DNA of 64,000 nt from Candidatus Versatilivorator sp. (lineage in GTDB: Bacteria > Acidobacteriota > Terriglobia > Versatilivoradales > Versatilivoraceae). The number at the start of each line of letters is the position of its first letter. Position 1 is the first letter of the stretch. Both the position numbers and the translations under genes were made by a program. The notes below the pieces were generated by a model. That model made no database searches. It was given only the letters and a program-made list of their open reading frames with translations, and had not been told where the DNA came from. Positions 1-9,459 of the stretch are shown here, piece after piece. Where the stretch lies: assembly GCA_965207735.1 (NCBI GenBank), contig OZ242296.1, positions 4,928,001 to 4,992,000 of the forward strand. The letters run 5' to 3'.

Positions 1-1
1 T

Positions 2-292
2 CTGGTGAACACGGGGGAGGTGGACGGCAGTGAGAGCGTCTTCCATCTGGAGATCTACGACGGGGAGACAGGGATGCTGGCCGAGACGGTGGTGACCAAG
101 CCGATCCCGGCGCGGAGCTGGAATCAGATCAACGGGATCCTGGGCAGAGCCTCTTCGGAGACCCGGCAGGGGTATATCCGGATCGAGAAGGTGTCGGGGG
201 AGAACCCGTTTCTGGCCTATGGGGTGGTCAATGACGGCGGGGCCCCGGGACAGCGCAGCGGAGATGGAGCCTATGGGCCGGCACGGGAATAA
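2..292 (+). CDS. 3' end of a probably exported protein (Ig-like/beta-sandwich C-terminal domain); truncated by the window edge
   Basis: Open frame from the window start to TAA at 290-292. LVNTG...SWNQING...GYIRIEKVSG...AYGVVNDGG resembles the domain in the 8258-9319 protein. Confidence 0.7.
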   Translation: MVNTGEVDGSESVFHLEIYDGETGMLAETVVTKPIPARSWNQINGILGRASSETRQGYIRIEKVSGENPFLAYGVVNDGGAPGQRSGDGAYGPARE

Positions 293-489
293 AAGGACGA
301 AGGACGCTCTACCCGTCAAAGACAGGAACAATCGCGAATATTTCTGTCAAAACAGTACTGTCCGGTATAACAACAGAAGGTGCGGGACAAAACGCCAATG
401 TGCAGCTGTACGAGGTGCGCAGGTGCTTCCGATAACGTCTCATTGTGTCAGCTTTCCGGACAGCGACTCATTCCTTATCAATGACGTAA

Positions 490-1976
490 GAGCCTTTTGC
501 AAAATTCGCAGATAGCGGGAATTTTCACGTGGGGAAAGATCAAGGAGGGCAGGTGGAAGGAGGGGCAAGACCACTGTCTGTTGTATCATGAAGGTGTCTG
601 AACCACATGATGAACGGAGGTGGAACTTGCCCCTTAGGGAAACCCTATCACGACACTGGTTCCGGTTTCAACGAGAGCTGTTTCCCCTGCTGGAGGAAGT
701 TTTGGGGCCTCTGGGAGAGCGTTACCAGCGGCTGGTGCAGGTATTGGAGTTGGTGCGGGTGGAGGAGTTGCTGCCTTACAGTCGGGGCTGGCGTGGCCGG
801 CCGCTGGAGGATCGGGCAGTGCTGGCGCGAGCCTATCTGGCGAAGTCGATGCTGGAGGTGGCGACCACGCGGGGATTGGTGGAGCGGCTGAGGAGTGAGG
901 GGAGGCTGCGGCGGCTGTGCGGCTGGGAGAGGGCGTGGGAGGTACCGAGCGAGTCGACCTTCTCGCGGGCCTTTGCGGAATTCGCTGAGAGCGACCTGCC
1001 GGGGCGTTTGCACGAGGCATTGCTGGAGGAGACGCTGAAGGGCCACTTGGCGGGGCATGTGTCGAGGGACTCGACGGCGATTGCGGGACGGGAAAAGCCA
1101 GCGGCCAAGGCTGCGCCGGAGGCCAAGCGGAAACGCCGGCGGGGCCGGCCGCCGAAGGGCGAGCGACGGCCCAAGCGGTTGAGCCGGCTGGAGCGGCAGG
1201 GGTCGATGACGCTGGAGGAAATGTTGAAGGAGTTGCCCAAGGCCTGCGACATCGGCGTCAAGCGCAACGCCAAGGGGCATCAGGAGAGCTGGACCGGCTA
1301 CAAGCTACACCTCGACGCCATTGACGGCGGGATTCCGGTCAGTTGTCTGCTGACCTCGGCCTCGGTGCATGACTCTCAGGCAGCCATTCCGCTGGCGACG
1401 CTGACGGCAAGGCGGGTCGAGAGTCTCTACGACTTGATGGACAGCGCCTACGATGCGCCGGAGATCCGGGCCTTCAGTGAGAAGCTGGGGCATGTGCCGA
1501 TTATTGACGTCAACCCCCGCCGAAGAGCTACCTTGAAAGCCGAGCGGAAGCGGGAGGCACTGGCCCGGCGCTGTATCGGCCAAGTGACTCCCGAGGCGCG
1601 GCGCTACCGGGAACGCTCGACGGTGGAGCGGGTCAACGGACGGCTCAAGGAGGAGTTTGGCGGGAGGCAGGTGAGGGTTCGCGGCCCCGACAAGGTGAGG
1701 TGCCACCTGATGTTCGGCATTCTGGCCCTGACGGTGGATCAGTTGATGCGCCTGACGCTCTGAAGACCGGGTTGCCACCCCCAACCGCACAGCAGGTTCG
1801 CCCGCCTCAAGGCCGGGAGAGGGTAAGCTGTGCCTGCGTCCGGCGACCGCTGGCCATCCGGCCATCAGATTCGGGCTTTTTCCTTCAAAAGGGTCTTTGC
1901 AGCTGGGTAGTCACCGCCGGAACATCACTGTTGCCAGCCCAATGTCATGCCCGATTCCGAATTTTGCAAAAGGCTC
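490..1976 (+). mobile_element. Insertion sequence copy 1 (1487 bp, DDE transposase, IS5/IS1182-like; family not firmly assigned)
   Basis: Perfect 19-bp TIRs GAGCCTTTTGCAAAATTCG / CGAATTTTGCAAAAGGCTC. Same as the copies at 9460 and 33885. Flanks GTAA/TTTT show no target-site duplication (TSD). Confidence 0.95.
588..1763 (+). CDS. DDE transposase, 391 aa
   Basis: Motifs SRDSTAI, GYKLHLD, SVHDSQ, LMDSAYD and RSTVERVNGRLK; lies inside the TIRs. Confidence 0.95.
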   Translation: MKVSEPHDERRWNLPLRETLSRHWFRFQRELFPLLEEVLGPLGERYQRLVQVLELVRVEELLPYSRGWRGRPLEDRAVLARAYLAKSMLEVATTRGLVERLRSEGRLRRLCGWERAWEVPSESTFSRAFAEFAESDLPGRLHEALLEETLKGHLAGHVSRDSTAIAGREKPAAKAAPEAKRKRRRGRPPKGERRPKRLSRLERQGSMTLEEMLKELPKACDIGVKRNAKGHQESWTGYKLHLDAIDGGIPVSCLLTSASVHDSQAAIPLATLTARRVESLYDLMDSAYDAPEIRAFSEKLGHVPIIDVNPRRRATLKAERKREALARRCIGQVTPEARRYRERSTVERVNGRLKEEFGGRQVRVRGPDKVRCHLMFGILALTVDQLMRLTL

Positions 1977-2360
1977 TTTTGTCTTTTGTCGGTTGTTTCA
2001 GGCAAGTCCCGCCCCCGCCCTGCCGTGCGGATCATTCGAGAATGAAACAATCAGAAATCGACAATCCTTTCGCGAACTTGGTACCCCGTCGCGGCCAACC
2101 TCAGCGCCTTAGTGCCCCTTCGTCGTTCTTCGTGCCCCTTCGTGGAAATGTCTTTTTCTTTTGTCTTTTTAGGTTGTTTCAGACAAGCCGGACCCCCGCC
2201 CTGCCGTGCGGATCATACATAGAGTGAAACAAACGGAAATCGATCATCCCTTCGCGACCTTGGCACCCCGTCGCGGTTAACCTCAACGCCTTAGTGCCCC
2301 TTCGTGGTCCTTCGTGGATAAGTCTTTTTCTTTGTCTTTTTTCGGTTGTTTCAGGCAAGG
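1977..2360. repeat. Two tandem ~180-bp units of a dispersed non-coding repeat family
   Basis: Units start near 1977 and 2159 and share CCCCCGCCCTGCCGTGCGGATCAT...GAAATCGA...CCCCGTCGCGG...CGCCTTAGTGCCCCTTCGT. Another copy lies at ~39935-40082. Confidence 0.85.
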
Positions 2361-2368
2361 CAAGCGGC

Positions 2369-5300
2369 CTACCGGATCAGGATATTGCTGGCATACTGTC
2401 CCGTTTTGCCATCGATGGTGATTTCCGCGACCAGCCTGAATTCTCCGGGAGCCGACGGCGCATGGGCGCAGAGTTCTCCGACCGTTTGCGTTCCCTCGAT
2501 GTCGTCCCATTCGGCGTCCGGACCGGCTCGGGTCTGCCACTTCGATTGGAGGACGGCGAAGTGGGTGCCGTCGATGAACACGTTTTCGACCGCGATGCAG
2601 TCACTGCTGGAAACGGGACCGAACCTGACCTGGCCGGGTGAAACGGAGAGCATTTCCAGTCGCACAAATCGATCGGCACCGACACCGATACGCTCGAAGA
2701 TGAGGAGTCCCGCCTCTTCGGTGCTGAGGTAGGCGTGCCTGCCGTCGGGACTGGCCACAAAGTGTCGTGTGTGGCCGAACTCGGGGATGGGGTTGTTGAA
2801 CCGATCCGGCCGCCAGGGCGCAACCAGGTCGGTCGGCTCCAGGACACCGTTTTCCGGCTGCCATTGCACGCCGAAGGCCAGGTCCTTGCAAAACAGGTCG
2901 ACCGCCGGGCCTCCCCTTCTTGCGATTCCTCCGCAGCGGTTGTCGAAGGTGAAGAACTCGAACGGCGGGTTCCAGAACGGCGGCAGGCTGCCGATCGGCT
3001 GCGGACTGGAGGGATCCTCTTCCAGTCGGAACAGGTTCGACCTCCTGCCGTTGTCGTCGAAGGCGAACAGGTAGCGGTCGTCGCTGCTGATCACAATGGA
3101 TTCCAGGTTCCGCAAGCCCTGTTCGACGCTCCCAGCCTGGGTGAGCGCCCCTGTTTCCCCGTCGCGCTGGAAAACCAGAAGCGAGGAGTGGGTGGCCGCG
3201 TAGACGTGGCTGCCGCCGTTGGAGATCAGGGCTCGCTTCAGCCCGGGAACCGTCAGGGTCTGGACGTGGCGCAGCTCGCCCGCCGTATCGAAGGCCAGAA
3301 CCTGCAGCTGACCCTGTAGGGGATCGACCGTATGGATGAACGATCCCCCGGAGTCCATGAAGACATCGCCACTGCAATTGGCGGCACCGGACAGGTCGGT
3401 GACCGACAGCATGCCTTCGTCCCGAAGTTCCCGGTGGGTTTCATCGACCGGTGCAAACCGGCGCCAGGCCCCGCACCGATGGGCATAGAGCGCGGCTCTT
3501 TGCCCATCCCAGATCAGCGAACTGTCTTCCAGATCGTAGTCTCCCAGTTCCTGAAGCAGGGTCAGATTACCGGTCTTGGAGTCGCGTTCGAACACTTGCA
3601 GGCCTAGCCCCGAAGCCACGTAGAGCACCGTTCCCCGGTCATTGAGGGCCAGGCTGGCCGGACCCCGAATTGCCACCGGGGTTCCCTGGGCGTCCAGATC
3701 CCCGTCAGCCAGACTTCCGACGTACTTGAGCCAGACCGGAGCTTCACTCTCATCCCAGTCCAAGGAGAACTCGTCGCCGGATTCACTGCCTCGGGTTCCA
3801 AGCCGGATCTTGTATCGGGACCCGGCCTCGGCAAAAAAGACAACCTCGATGGCGTAGGAACCCGTCCATTCCGGCTGATGGCTGCTTCTCACGAACTCGA
3901 GCGGTCCGAAACCGTCGAGGGATTCCCTGTAGACGGCCAGCACCCAGGGAGCGAAGGGCTCATCGATCCGGAATCTGTACCATCCGGAAGCGGGCGCTTC
4001 GTAGGTCCACCAGAGCGAGGAGTGGCCCAGCGGGCCGATCCGTTCGCTCGGCTCCATGGTCGCATAGCGATTCGAGCCGGTGATCGAACCCGTGGCTCCC
4101 GACAGCGGCGCGGCGCTGTGGAAACGGTCGTTGCCGGGGGTGGGTCCCCAGACGATTTTCGCGCTGGCCCCTGGTTCTGAAAAGCCCGAGAGGTCACCCG
4201 TCGGGAAGCCGGCCGCGATCCAGTACCGTTGCCCGCCCGCGGCCTGAAAGACGAAATCGGACGGCTCCGCATCCATCCGGCTCTCCGCCACCAGGTGCAG
4301 GGCCTCGATGGAGCTTCCGGTAAACACGGTCACCCGCAGCCTCGAATGCGTCGGGAACAGCGATAGAGAGAACTCGCCGGGATCCTTCAGGCTCCAGGTA
4401 TAGAGGCCGTCCTCCGGAGCTTCCCACACCCACCACTTGGTCCGGACTCCGCTCTCGGCCGACTCTCCAGGCTCCACGGTCGCGAAGGGATCCACCACGA
4501 TAAGGTGTTCCGAGGCCAGCGCGCTCTCGATCGGTTCCGCACCCGCAATGTCGTCGTTTGGAGGGCGGGGAGCGAAGGGCAGCGCCGACCATCTCAGCGG
4601 GTAGGCGCCTCCGGACGAATAGGCCGTGGGCTCGGCGACGGCGATGAGATACTCCCTTCCGCCTCCGGCAGTGACAACCGAGCCCTCCAAGGGGAAGCTC
4701 GACACCAGCCGGAGCCGGGAAATGCCGTCTGTGGCGGTGGTGTCGGGCGGGAAGAGGTCTCTCTCGAAGACGCCGCTCTCGGCTGGGTATTTCTCGAACA
4801 CAAAGACACGCCGCGGGGCATCGGTCTCGAACACCCACAAGCCGTCGGCGGGCGCGGTCCACCGGTACCAGGTGGTGGCCGCCGCGAACCCGAACCACTC
4901 GCCGGGCTCCAGAGTGGCCCCCCGGTTGTTGCCAAGGACCAGGCCGGCCGGGCCCTCAATCAGGCTGGCCTCCGCCAGGTTGTCGTTGACGGGGCGGGAT
5001 CCCCTGGCCCAGCGAAGCTCGAGGGCAGCGCCTCTGGCGTCGTTGCTCACCCGGATGCGATAGGTCCGTCCTTGCTCGGCGAAGAATGTCGATCCCCACT
5101 GGCCGGAGGCGATCCGGTCCAGGGCCGCGATGCGGTCGCCTCGAAAGATGTCGATGCGGTCGCTGCGCATGTCACCGGGATCGACAGGCGGAGGAATGTC
5201 GAAATGGACCGGACCGTCGGCCTGCGCCGTCCATGCGTACCAGACCGAACCGGCCGGGCGCCCCCGGCTGGCGGTGAACAGCGGTTCTCCCGGCTCCGGG

Positions 5301-8251
5301 GTGGCCAGTAGCAGATCCAGAGCCGCTGACCCCTCCTGGCCCTCGATCGGGGCTGCCGCCAGGAAGTCGTCGTTCGGGGGCCTGCCGGCAATCCCGGATG
5401 CGGCTTGGCCCGCACCCGCGCCGACCGACACCGATGCCGCCTGCGCGTTCCAGGCGCTCGCGCTAAAGTAGAGGCGCGCCGTGCCCGACTCCCCGGTGTG
5501 GGAAACCCTCAACTTGATTTCCCGAGCCTCTCCCGCCGAGATTTCGCCGAGCGGGATCGAAGACCCCAGAGGAACGGGGGAGGCCTCGACCGCTTCCTGC
5601 CCCGGAAATGCAGGGATCTCGGGTTCCGGCGCCTCGAGTTCACCCGACAACTCCACCGTCAGTCCATCCTGGCGGGACACCTCCACGGTGTGAATCCGCA
5701 CCTGGTCGCAGCCGGAGAGGCCTCCCTCGTCCCGGCAGTCGATGTGGAGCCGGGTTCCGGAGGCCACGTAGTCGTTTGCGCTCAGGGTCAGGGTCAGTTC
5801 CTGTTCCGGGCCGCCTTCGAGGGCGCTGCTGTCGGCTTCGATCCTCAGGTTGGGGGTGGAGGCGCCCCGGATCACCGTCCAGGCCAGCGCCGCCCGAGGC
5901 GCGGCGGTGTAGATGCGGTGGGCCGCCACCTTGGCCCGGTAGACGCCTGGTTGTGGATTTCTGAGGATGATCCACTCCACGTTGTCCACCCGGGAAGAGG
6001 AAACATGCTCCCCACAGGCGACGGCCCCGCAATCGGCGTCGCGGTCGAGCCACAGGTCGAGATCGTTCAACACGGCGCTTGCGATGGTGTCGGTGGGCGG
6101 CTCGTCCCAGGCCATCACCAGGTCGAGGCGGCTGGCGCCTTCCGGCACCAGGATGTCCTGAAAGGCGTACTCGCCGTCCTGCAACTCGGAGACCGCGCCG
6201 CCGCCGCTCCAGCCGTCGGTTCGATCCCGGTTGAGCACGGCGGTTCGGGCAGACACCTTGCCCAGTCCGTACTGGGCATGCAGCCTTCCCGGCCCGCCGG
6301 TGTTCGTCGCGGGGAACGCCGCGGCGTCCTCCAGCCATGCGTCCGGCCGGATGGCGCTGGCCATCAGCCGGGCCCGGGCCAGCGCGGGCTGCTCCCGGAA
6401 GGCCGGGACCGCATCCATCAGCAGGGCGGCCACCCCGGCCACCGCAGGCGACGAGAAACTGGTGCCGTTGAAGCGGACATAGCCCCCGGGGCTGCCCTCG
6501 CCCCGGGCCGTGTGGATGCCGACGCCGGTGGCGACCACCTGGGGCGCCAGGCGTCCGTCGAAGGTGGGCCCGTGACTGCTGAAGGACGCGATGTCCCCGC
6601 TGTCCAGCACGGCGCCGACGGCCAGCGAGTTCTTGGCGCTGGCGAAGTCGGAGAATCCATTGATCCCTTCGTTCGATTGCGCGACCACATACAGTTGGCG
6701 GTGACTCCAGACGATGGAGTCGAGCTTGCGCTCGTCGACTCCCCTTCCCTCGAATTCCCTGGAGGACCCACTAAGGCTCACATTGACGATCAGGGGTTTA
6801 GCCGGAAGGGACGGGTTGGCTGCTTCGGCGCACTCGGTCGGGCGGGCAAGAAAATCCATGGCTCGATTGACGCCGTCCCCGAATCCGAATCCGGAGCTGT
6901 TCAAGACCTTGGCGAAACGGATGTGGCGAACCGAAGGCGCCATGCCGGCGAAACGGGGTTCGTCGGAACCGTTTCCGAGGATGGTTCCGGTGACGGCGGT
7001 ACCGTGTGAACCTGCATCGATCCACAGGTCCTCGGACTCGTCGGTCCCGCCGAACCCCAAGAAGCCGAGGTCCAGCGAGAAGTTGGCCCCGCACACGCTT
7101 TCCCGGTTGGACGCGATGTCGGGATGGTTGATATTGATTCCGGTGTCCATGACGCCGATAGGGACCGAGGCCCCGCCGATGCCCGAGAAGAGACCGGGAG
7201 CCCCGTCGTATCTTCGCAAGGCATCGGCGCCCATGGCGGGAACAGCCGTGTCGAGCCTGGATTCGAAGATCCCGATGGGCTCGACCGCCAGCACGAAATC
7301 CGCCGCGGCAATTGCCTCCATCCGAGCCTGGGGCAGACTGGCCGCATAGACCCGGATGTTCGGGTCGAAGCGACCCACCACCGCCCCCAGCTCCTCGAGC
7401 GCCTGCCGCCAGCGGGCGTCGGGATCGCCGGTCATCAGGGTGATGTACACGGGCGTCGATTCCTGGGCGGAGGCGCCGGGCGATGGGTTCACCAGCGCCT
7501 GGGCAAGTTTTCTCTCCAGGGGCAGGGCGCCCAGCCCATCGACCTCCGGCAAGGCCGCGATGGCTTGCAGACGGGCCTCGTCGCCCGGGAGCCTGGCGCG
7601 AACGAGCACTCCCGAGGAACCGACGATCCGGGCGCCCGTGCCTTCGAGCGCCTGCGCCAGGTCATTGGCCGTGGCGTCCCCGGCAAGCCGGATCCAGCCG
7701 AAAGACCAGTCACGTCCGGCCGCGGCGGCCTGGGCGGACAGCCTCTCGATCGCAGTCTCCGTGCCGAGCCAGTCGAGATCCATCAGGGAGCGTTCGCCTC
7801 CAGCGGCCACCTCACCCTGGAGTCGCTCCCGGGGCATCTCACCGTGGTAGGAGACGAACGAATAGCCGGCGGGAGGGGAGGGAGAGGAGTCTTGCACGGA
7901 CTGTTCGGAGACGGACGACGCCGCGGAAGATCGAGGCGCGGCCTCAATGGCCGGTTCCCGGACGCCTCCACGGCTTTCCTCGGATATCCGGGCCGCGGCG
8001 GCTCGGGTCATCTTGGATGCCTGCGCCGGGGCCAACCGTGCCTTTTCCCGGCCCTCGCCAGGGGAAGTCTCGGAAGTGACCAGGTCCGGCGAGCCTGCCA
8101 TCACGCACAGGACGCCAAGGGTAGTGAGACTGCTTCTATACGCTTGCGCAAACCGCGATGCCCGGCTCGAAGCAGTTGGCCAGGTCCCGCCGCCGGTCTT
8201 GCTCAGCCGGCTGACCGCTTCCCGGATGTGCCGTTTGAGAGGTTCGGTCAC
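2369..8251 (-). CDS. Large multidomain S8 (subtilisin-family) serine peptidase with four repeated PxND..ATxEPGE..WYxWxA modules and a C-terminal lactonase-like beta-propeller
   Basis: Catalytic triad motifs IGVMDTG, SHGTAVTG and GTSFSSPAVAG, plus NDLDL in the post-catalytic domain. Start codon uncertain (may be downstream). Confidence 0.85.
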   Translation of the reverse strand: MTEPLKRHIREAVSRLSKTGGGTWPTASSRASRFAQAYRSSLTTLGVLCVMAGSPDLVTSETSPGEGREKARLAPAQASKMTRAAAARISEESRGGVREPAIEAAPRSSAASSVSEQSVQDSSPSPPAGYSFVSYHGEMPRERLQGEVAAGGERSLMDLDWLGTETAIERLSAQAAAAGRDWSFGWIRLAGDATANDLAQALEGTGARIVGSSGVLVRARLPGDEARLQAIAALPEVDGLGALPLERKLAQALVNPSPGASAQESTPVYITLMTGDPDARWRQALEELGAVVGRFDPNIRVYAASLPQARMEAIAAADFVLAVEPIGIFESRLDTAVPAMGADALRRYDGAPGLFSGIGGASVPIGVMDTGININHPDIASNRESVCGANFSLDLGFLGFGGTDESEDLWIDAGSHGTAVTGTILGNGSDEPRFAGMAPSVRHIRFAKVLNSSGFGFGDGVNRAMDFLARPTECAEAANPSLPAKPLIVNVSLSGSSREFEGRGVDERKLDSIVWSHRQLYVVAQSNEGINGFSDFASAKNSLAVGAVLDSGDIASFSSHGPTFDGRLAPQVVATGVGIHTARGEGSPGGYVRFNGTSFSSPAVAGVAALLMDAVPAFREQPALARARLMASAIRPDAWLEDAAAFPATNTGGPGRLHAQYGLGKVSARTAVLNRDRTDGWSGGGAVSELQDGEYAFQDILVPEGASRLDLVMAWDEPPTDTIASAVLNDLDLWLDRDADCGAVACGEHVSSSRVDNVEWIILRNPQPGVYRAKVAAHRIYTAAPRAALAWTVIRGASTPNLRIEADSSALEGGPEQELTLTLSANDYVASGTRLHIDCRDEGGLSGCDQVRIHTVEVSRQDGLTVELSGELEAPEPEIPAFPGQEAVEASPVPLGSSIPLGEISAGEAREIKLRVSHTGESGTARLYFSASAWNAQAASVSVGAGAGQAASGIAGRPPNDDFLAAAPIEGQEGSAALDLLLATPEPGEPLFTASRGRPAGSVWYAWTAQADGPVHFDIPPPVDPGDMRSDRIDIFRGDRIAALDRIASGQWGSTFFAEQGRTYRIRVSNDARGAALELRWARGSRPVNDNLAEASLIEGPAGLVLGNNRGATLEPGEWFGFAAATTWYRWTAPADGLWVFETDAPRRVFVFEKYPAESGVFERDLFPPDTTATDGISRLRLVSSFPLEGSVVTAGGGREYLIAVAEPTAYSSGGAYPLRWSALPFAPRPPNDDIAGAEPIESALASEHLIVVDPFATVEPGESAESGVRTKWWVWEAPEDGLYTWSLKDPGEFSLSLFPTHSRLRVTVFTGSSIEALHLVAESRMDAEPSDFVFQAAGGQRYWIAAGFPTGDLSGFSEPGASAKIVWGPTPGNDRFHSAAPLSGATGSITGSNRYATMEPSERIGPLGHSSLWWTYEAPASGWYRFRIDEPFAPWVLAVYRESLDGFGPLEFVRSSHQPEWTGSYAIEVVFFAEAGSRYKIRLGTRGSESGDEFSLDWDESEAPVWLKYVGSLADGDLDAQGTPVAIRGPASLALNDRGTVLYVASGLGLQVFERDSKTGNLTLLQELGDYDLEDSSLIWDGQRAALYAHRCGAWRRFAPVDETHRELRDEGMLSVTDLSGAANCSGDVFMDSGGSFIHTVDPLQGQLQVLAFDTAGELRHVQTLTVPGLKRALISNGGSHVYAATHSSLLVFQRDGETGALTQAGSVEQGLRNLESIVISSDDRYLFAFDDNGRRSNLFRLEEDPSSPQPIGSLPPFWNPPFEFFTFDNRCGGIARRGGPAVDLFCKDLAFGVQWQPENGVLEPTDLVAPWRPDRFNNPIPEFGHTRHFVASPDGRHAYLSTEEAGLLIFERIGVGADRFVRLEMLSVSPGQVRFGPVSSSDCIAVENVFIDGTHFAVLQSKWQTRAGPDAEWDDIEGTQTVGELCAHAPSAPGEFRLVAEITIDGKTGQYASNILIR

Positions 8252-8257
8252 GTGTCG

Positions 8258-9319
8258 TTACCCCGATATCGAGATCTCTGAAATCGTCCAGCTCCCGTCG
8301 TCATTCCTGCCGGCCACGAAGGTAATCCGATACTGACTCACCGCGGTATTGCTCAAGTTGTGGGATGAGCCCGAACAGGAAGTGAAGCTACCGATGCTCA
8401 AACAGCTTGTACCGTTGGGGTTCACCGTGAAGGTCCCGATCCGGCTGCCCCCGCTGGTGAGGCTGCATTGGCCTCCGGATCGAAGGACGGTTTCGGAAGT
8501 GCAAGCCTGAGACTCACCGGTTCCGGTGGGCGGTCCGGCGCCGTCTTCCGGCTTCATCGGATAAACCAGGGTTCCATCGTTGGATCGATTGTCGACCGAC
8601 ACCGCCCATAGGTAGGTACCACCGCTTGTTTTCCACTCGATCCATCCGAAGTTTACCGTGGCGCTGATGGGTTTTTGCTGCCAGGAGTAGGGCGCCATTT
8701 CAAAGCTGAGGGTCTCGACCAGGCCGGACTCGTCGGAGACCTCGGCCTGAATCGAAACAGGCTCATCGCTTGGATTGAAAGCGCCAATATTGGTTCTTTG
8801 ATGCTCATTGACGGTGATTCCAAAATTGTAGGCCCGATCTCCTTCATCGACCAATGGAGCGATCCCATTGACGACCGGCGTGGTGAAACGGCCGTTCTCC
8901 GAGTCTGCGTAGACCTCGGCGGTCAAGTAGAACTTGTAACGGGACTCTGCAGAATCGCCGGCCTCACTGTCTCTCTCGGACTGAAGCACGACCGATCCGT
9001 TGCCCGTGTAGTTGAACACCGACCTGAAAAAATTATCCCACCCTCTGTAGTGAGTCTCCGGCATGGAGATGATTTTCTGACTCACCAGGCCATTCGGACC
9101 GTAGAGAGTGGCCGTAATGGAATATTCATGCGAAGTAAGGTTGCCTATCACGACTCGGGTTCTGAAGCTCTTCACGTGGGCCGCCGTGGGAATCACGGCC
9201 AGCGAAGTGGGTCGAGCGTATCCGAGCGCATTCACGTCGCGTTCAGAAACTGCCGTTTCCGCGAAGGCAAGCATCCCGAGTTGAATCAACAGGGCACAAC
9301 AAGCAATGAGGTGTTTCAT
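8258..9319 (-). CDS. Secreted hypothetical protein, 353 aa
   Basis: ATG at 9319 gives a signal peptide MKHLIACCALLIQLGMLAFA. The longer 433-aa ORF runs into the IS end. 6 bp upstream of the S8 ORF. Confidence 0.75.
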   Translation of the reverse strand: MKHLIACCALLIQLGMLAFAETAVSERDVNALGYARPTSLAVIPTAAHVKSFRTRVVIGNLTSHEYSITATLYGPNGLVSQKIISMPETHYRGWDNFFRSVFNYTGNGSVVLQSERDSEAGDSAESRYKFYLTAEVYADSENGRFTTPVVNGIAPLVDEGDRAYNFGITVNEHQRTNIGAFNPSDEPVSIQAEVSDESGLVETLSFEMAPYSWQQKPISATVNFGWIEWKTSGGTYLWAVSVDNRSNDGTLVYPMKPEDGAGPPTGTGESQACTSETVLRSGGQCSLTSGGSRIGTFTVNPNGTSCLSIGSFTSCSGSSHNLSNTAVSQYRITFVAGRNDDGSWTISEISISG

Positions 9320-9459
9320 GGCTCTCTCTTGTGTCTTCTCTACGGATCCTCTCCGACTGGAAAATGGCGGATTCCTTGGACATTTCGTCCCGGACGGCCG
9401 AAGTGGGAATTCTTCCCTTTCCGCGAACACTCCGGTGCAACCTTTCTCCATTGTAGCAG

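Noticed and set aside
1977-2360. Possible CRISPR array
   Set aside because: The units are ~180 bp, degenerate and have no unique spacers; there are no cas genes in the window.
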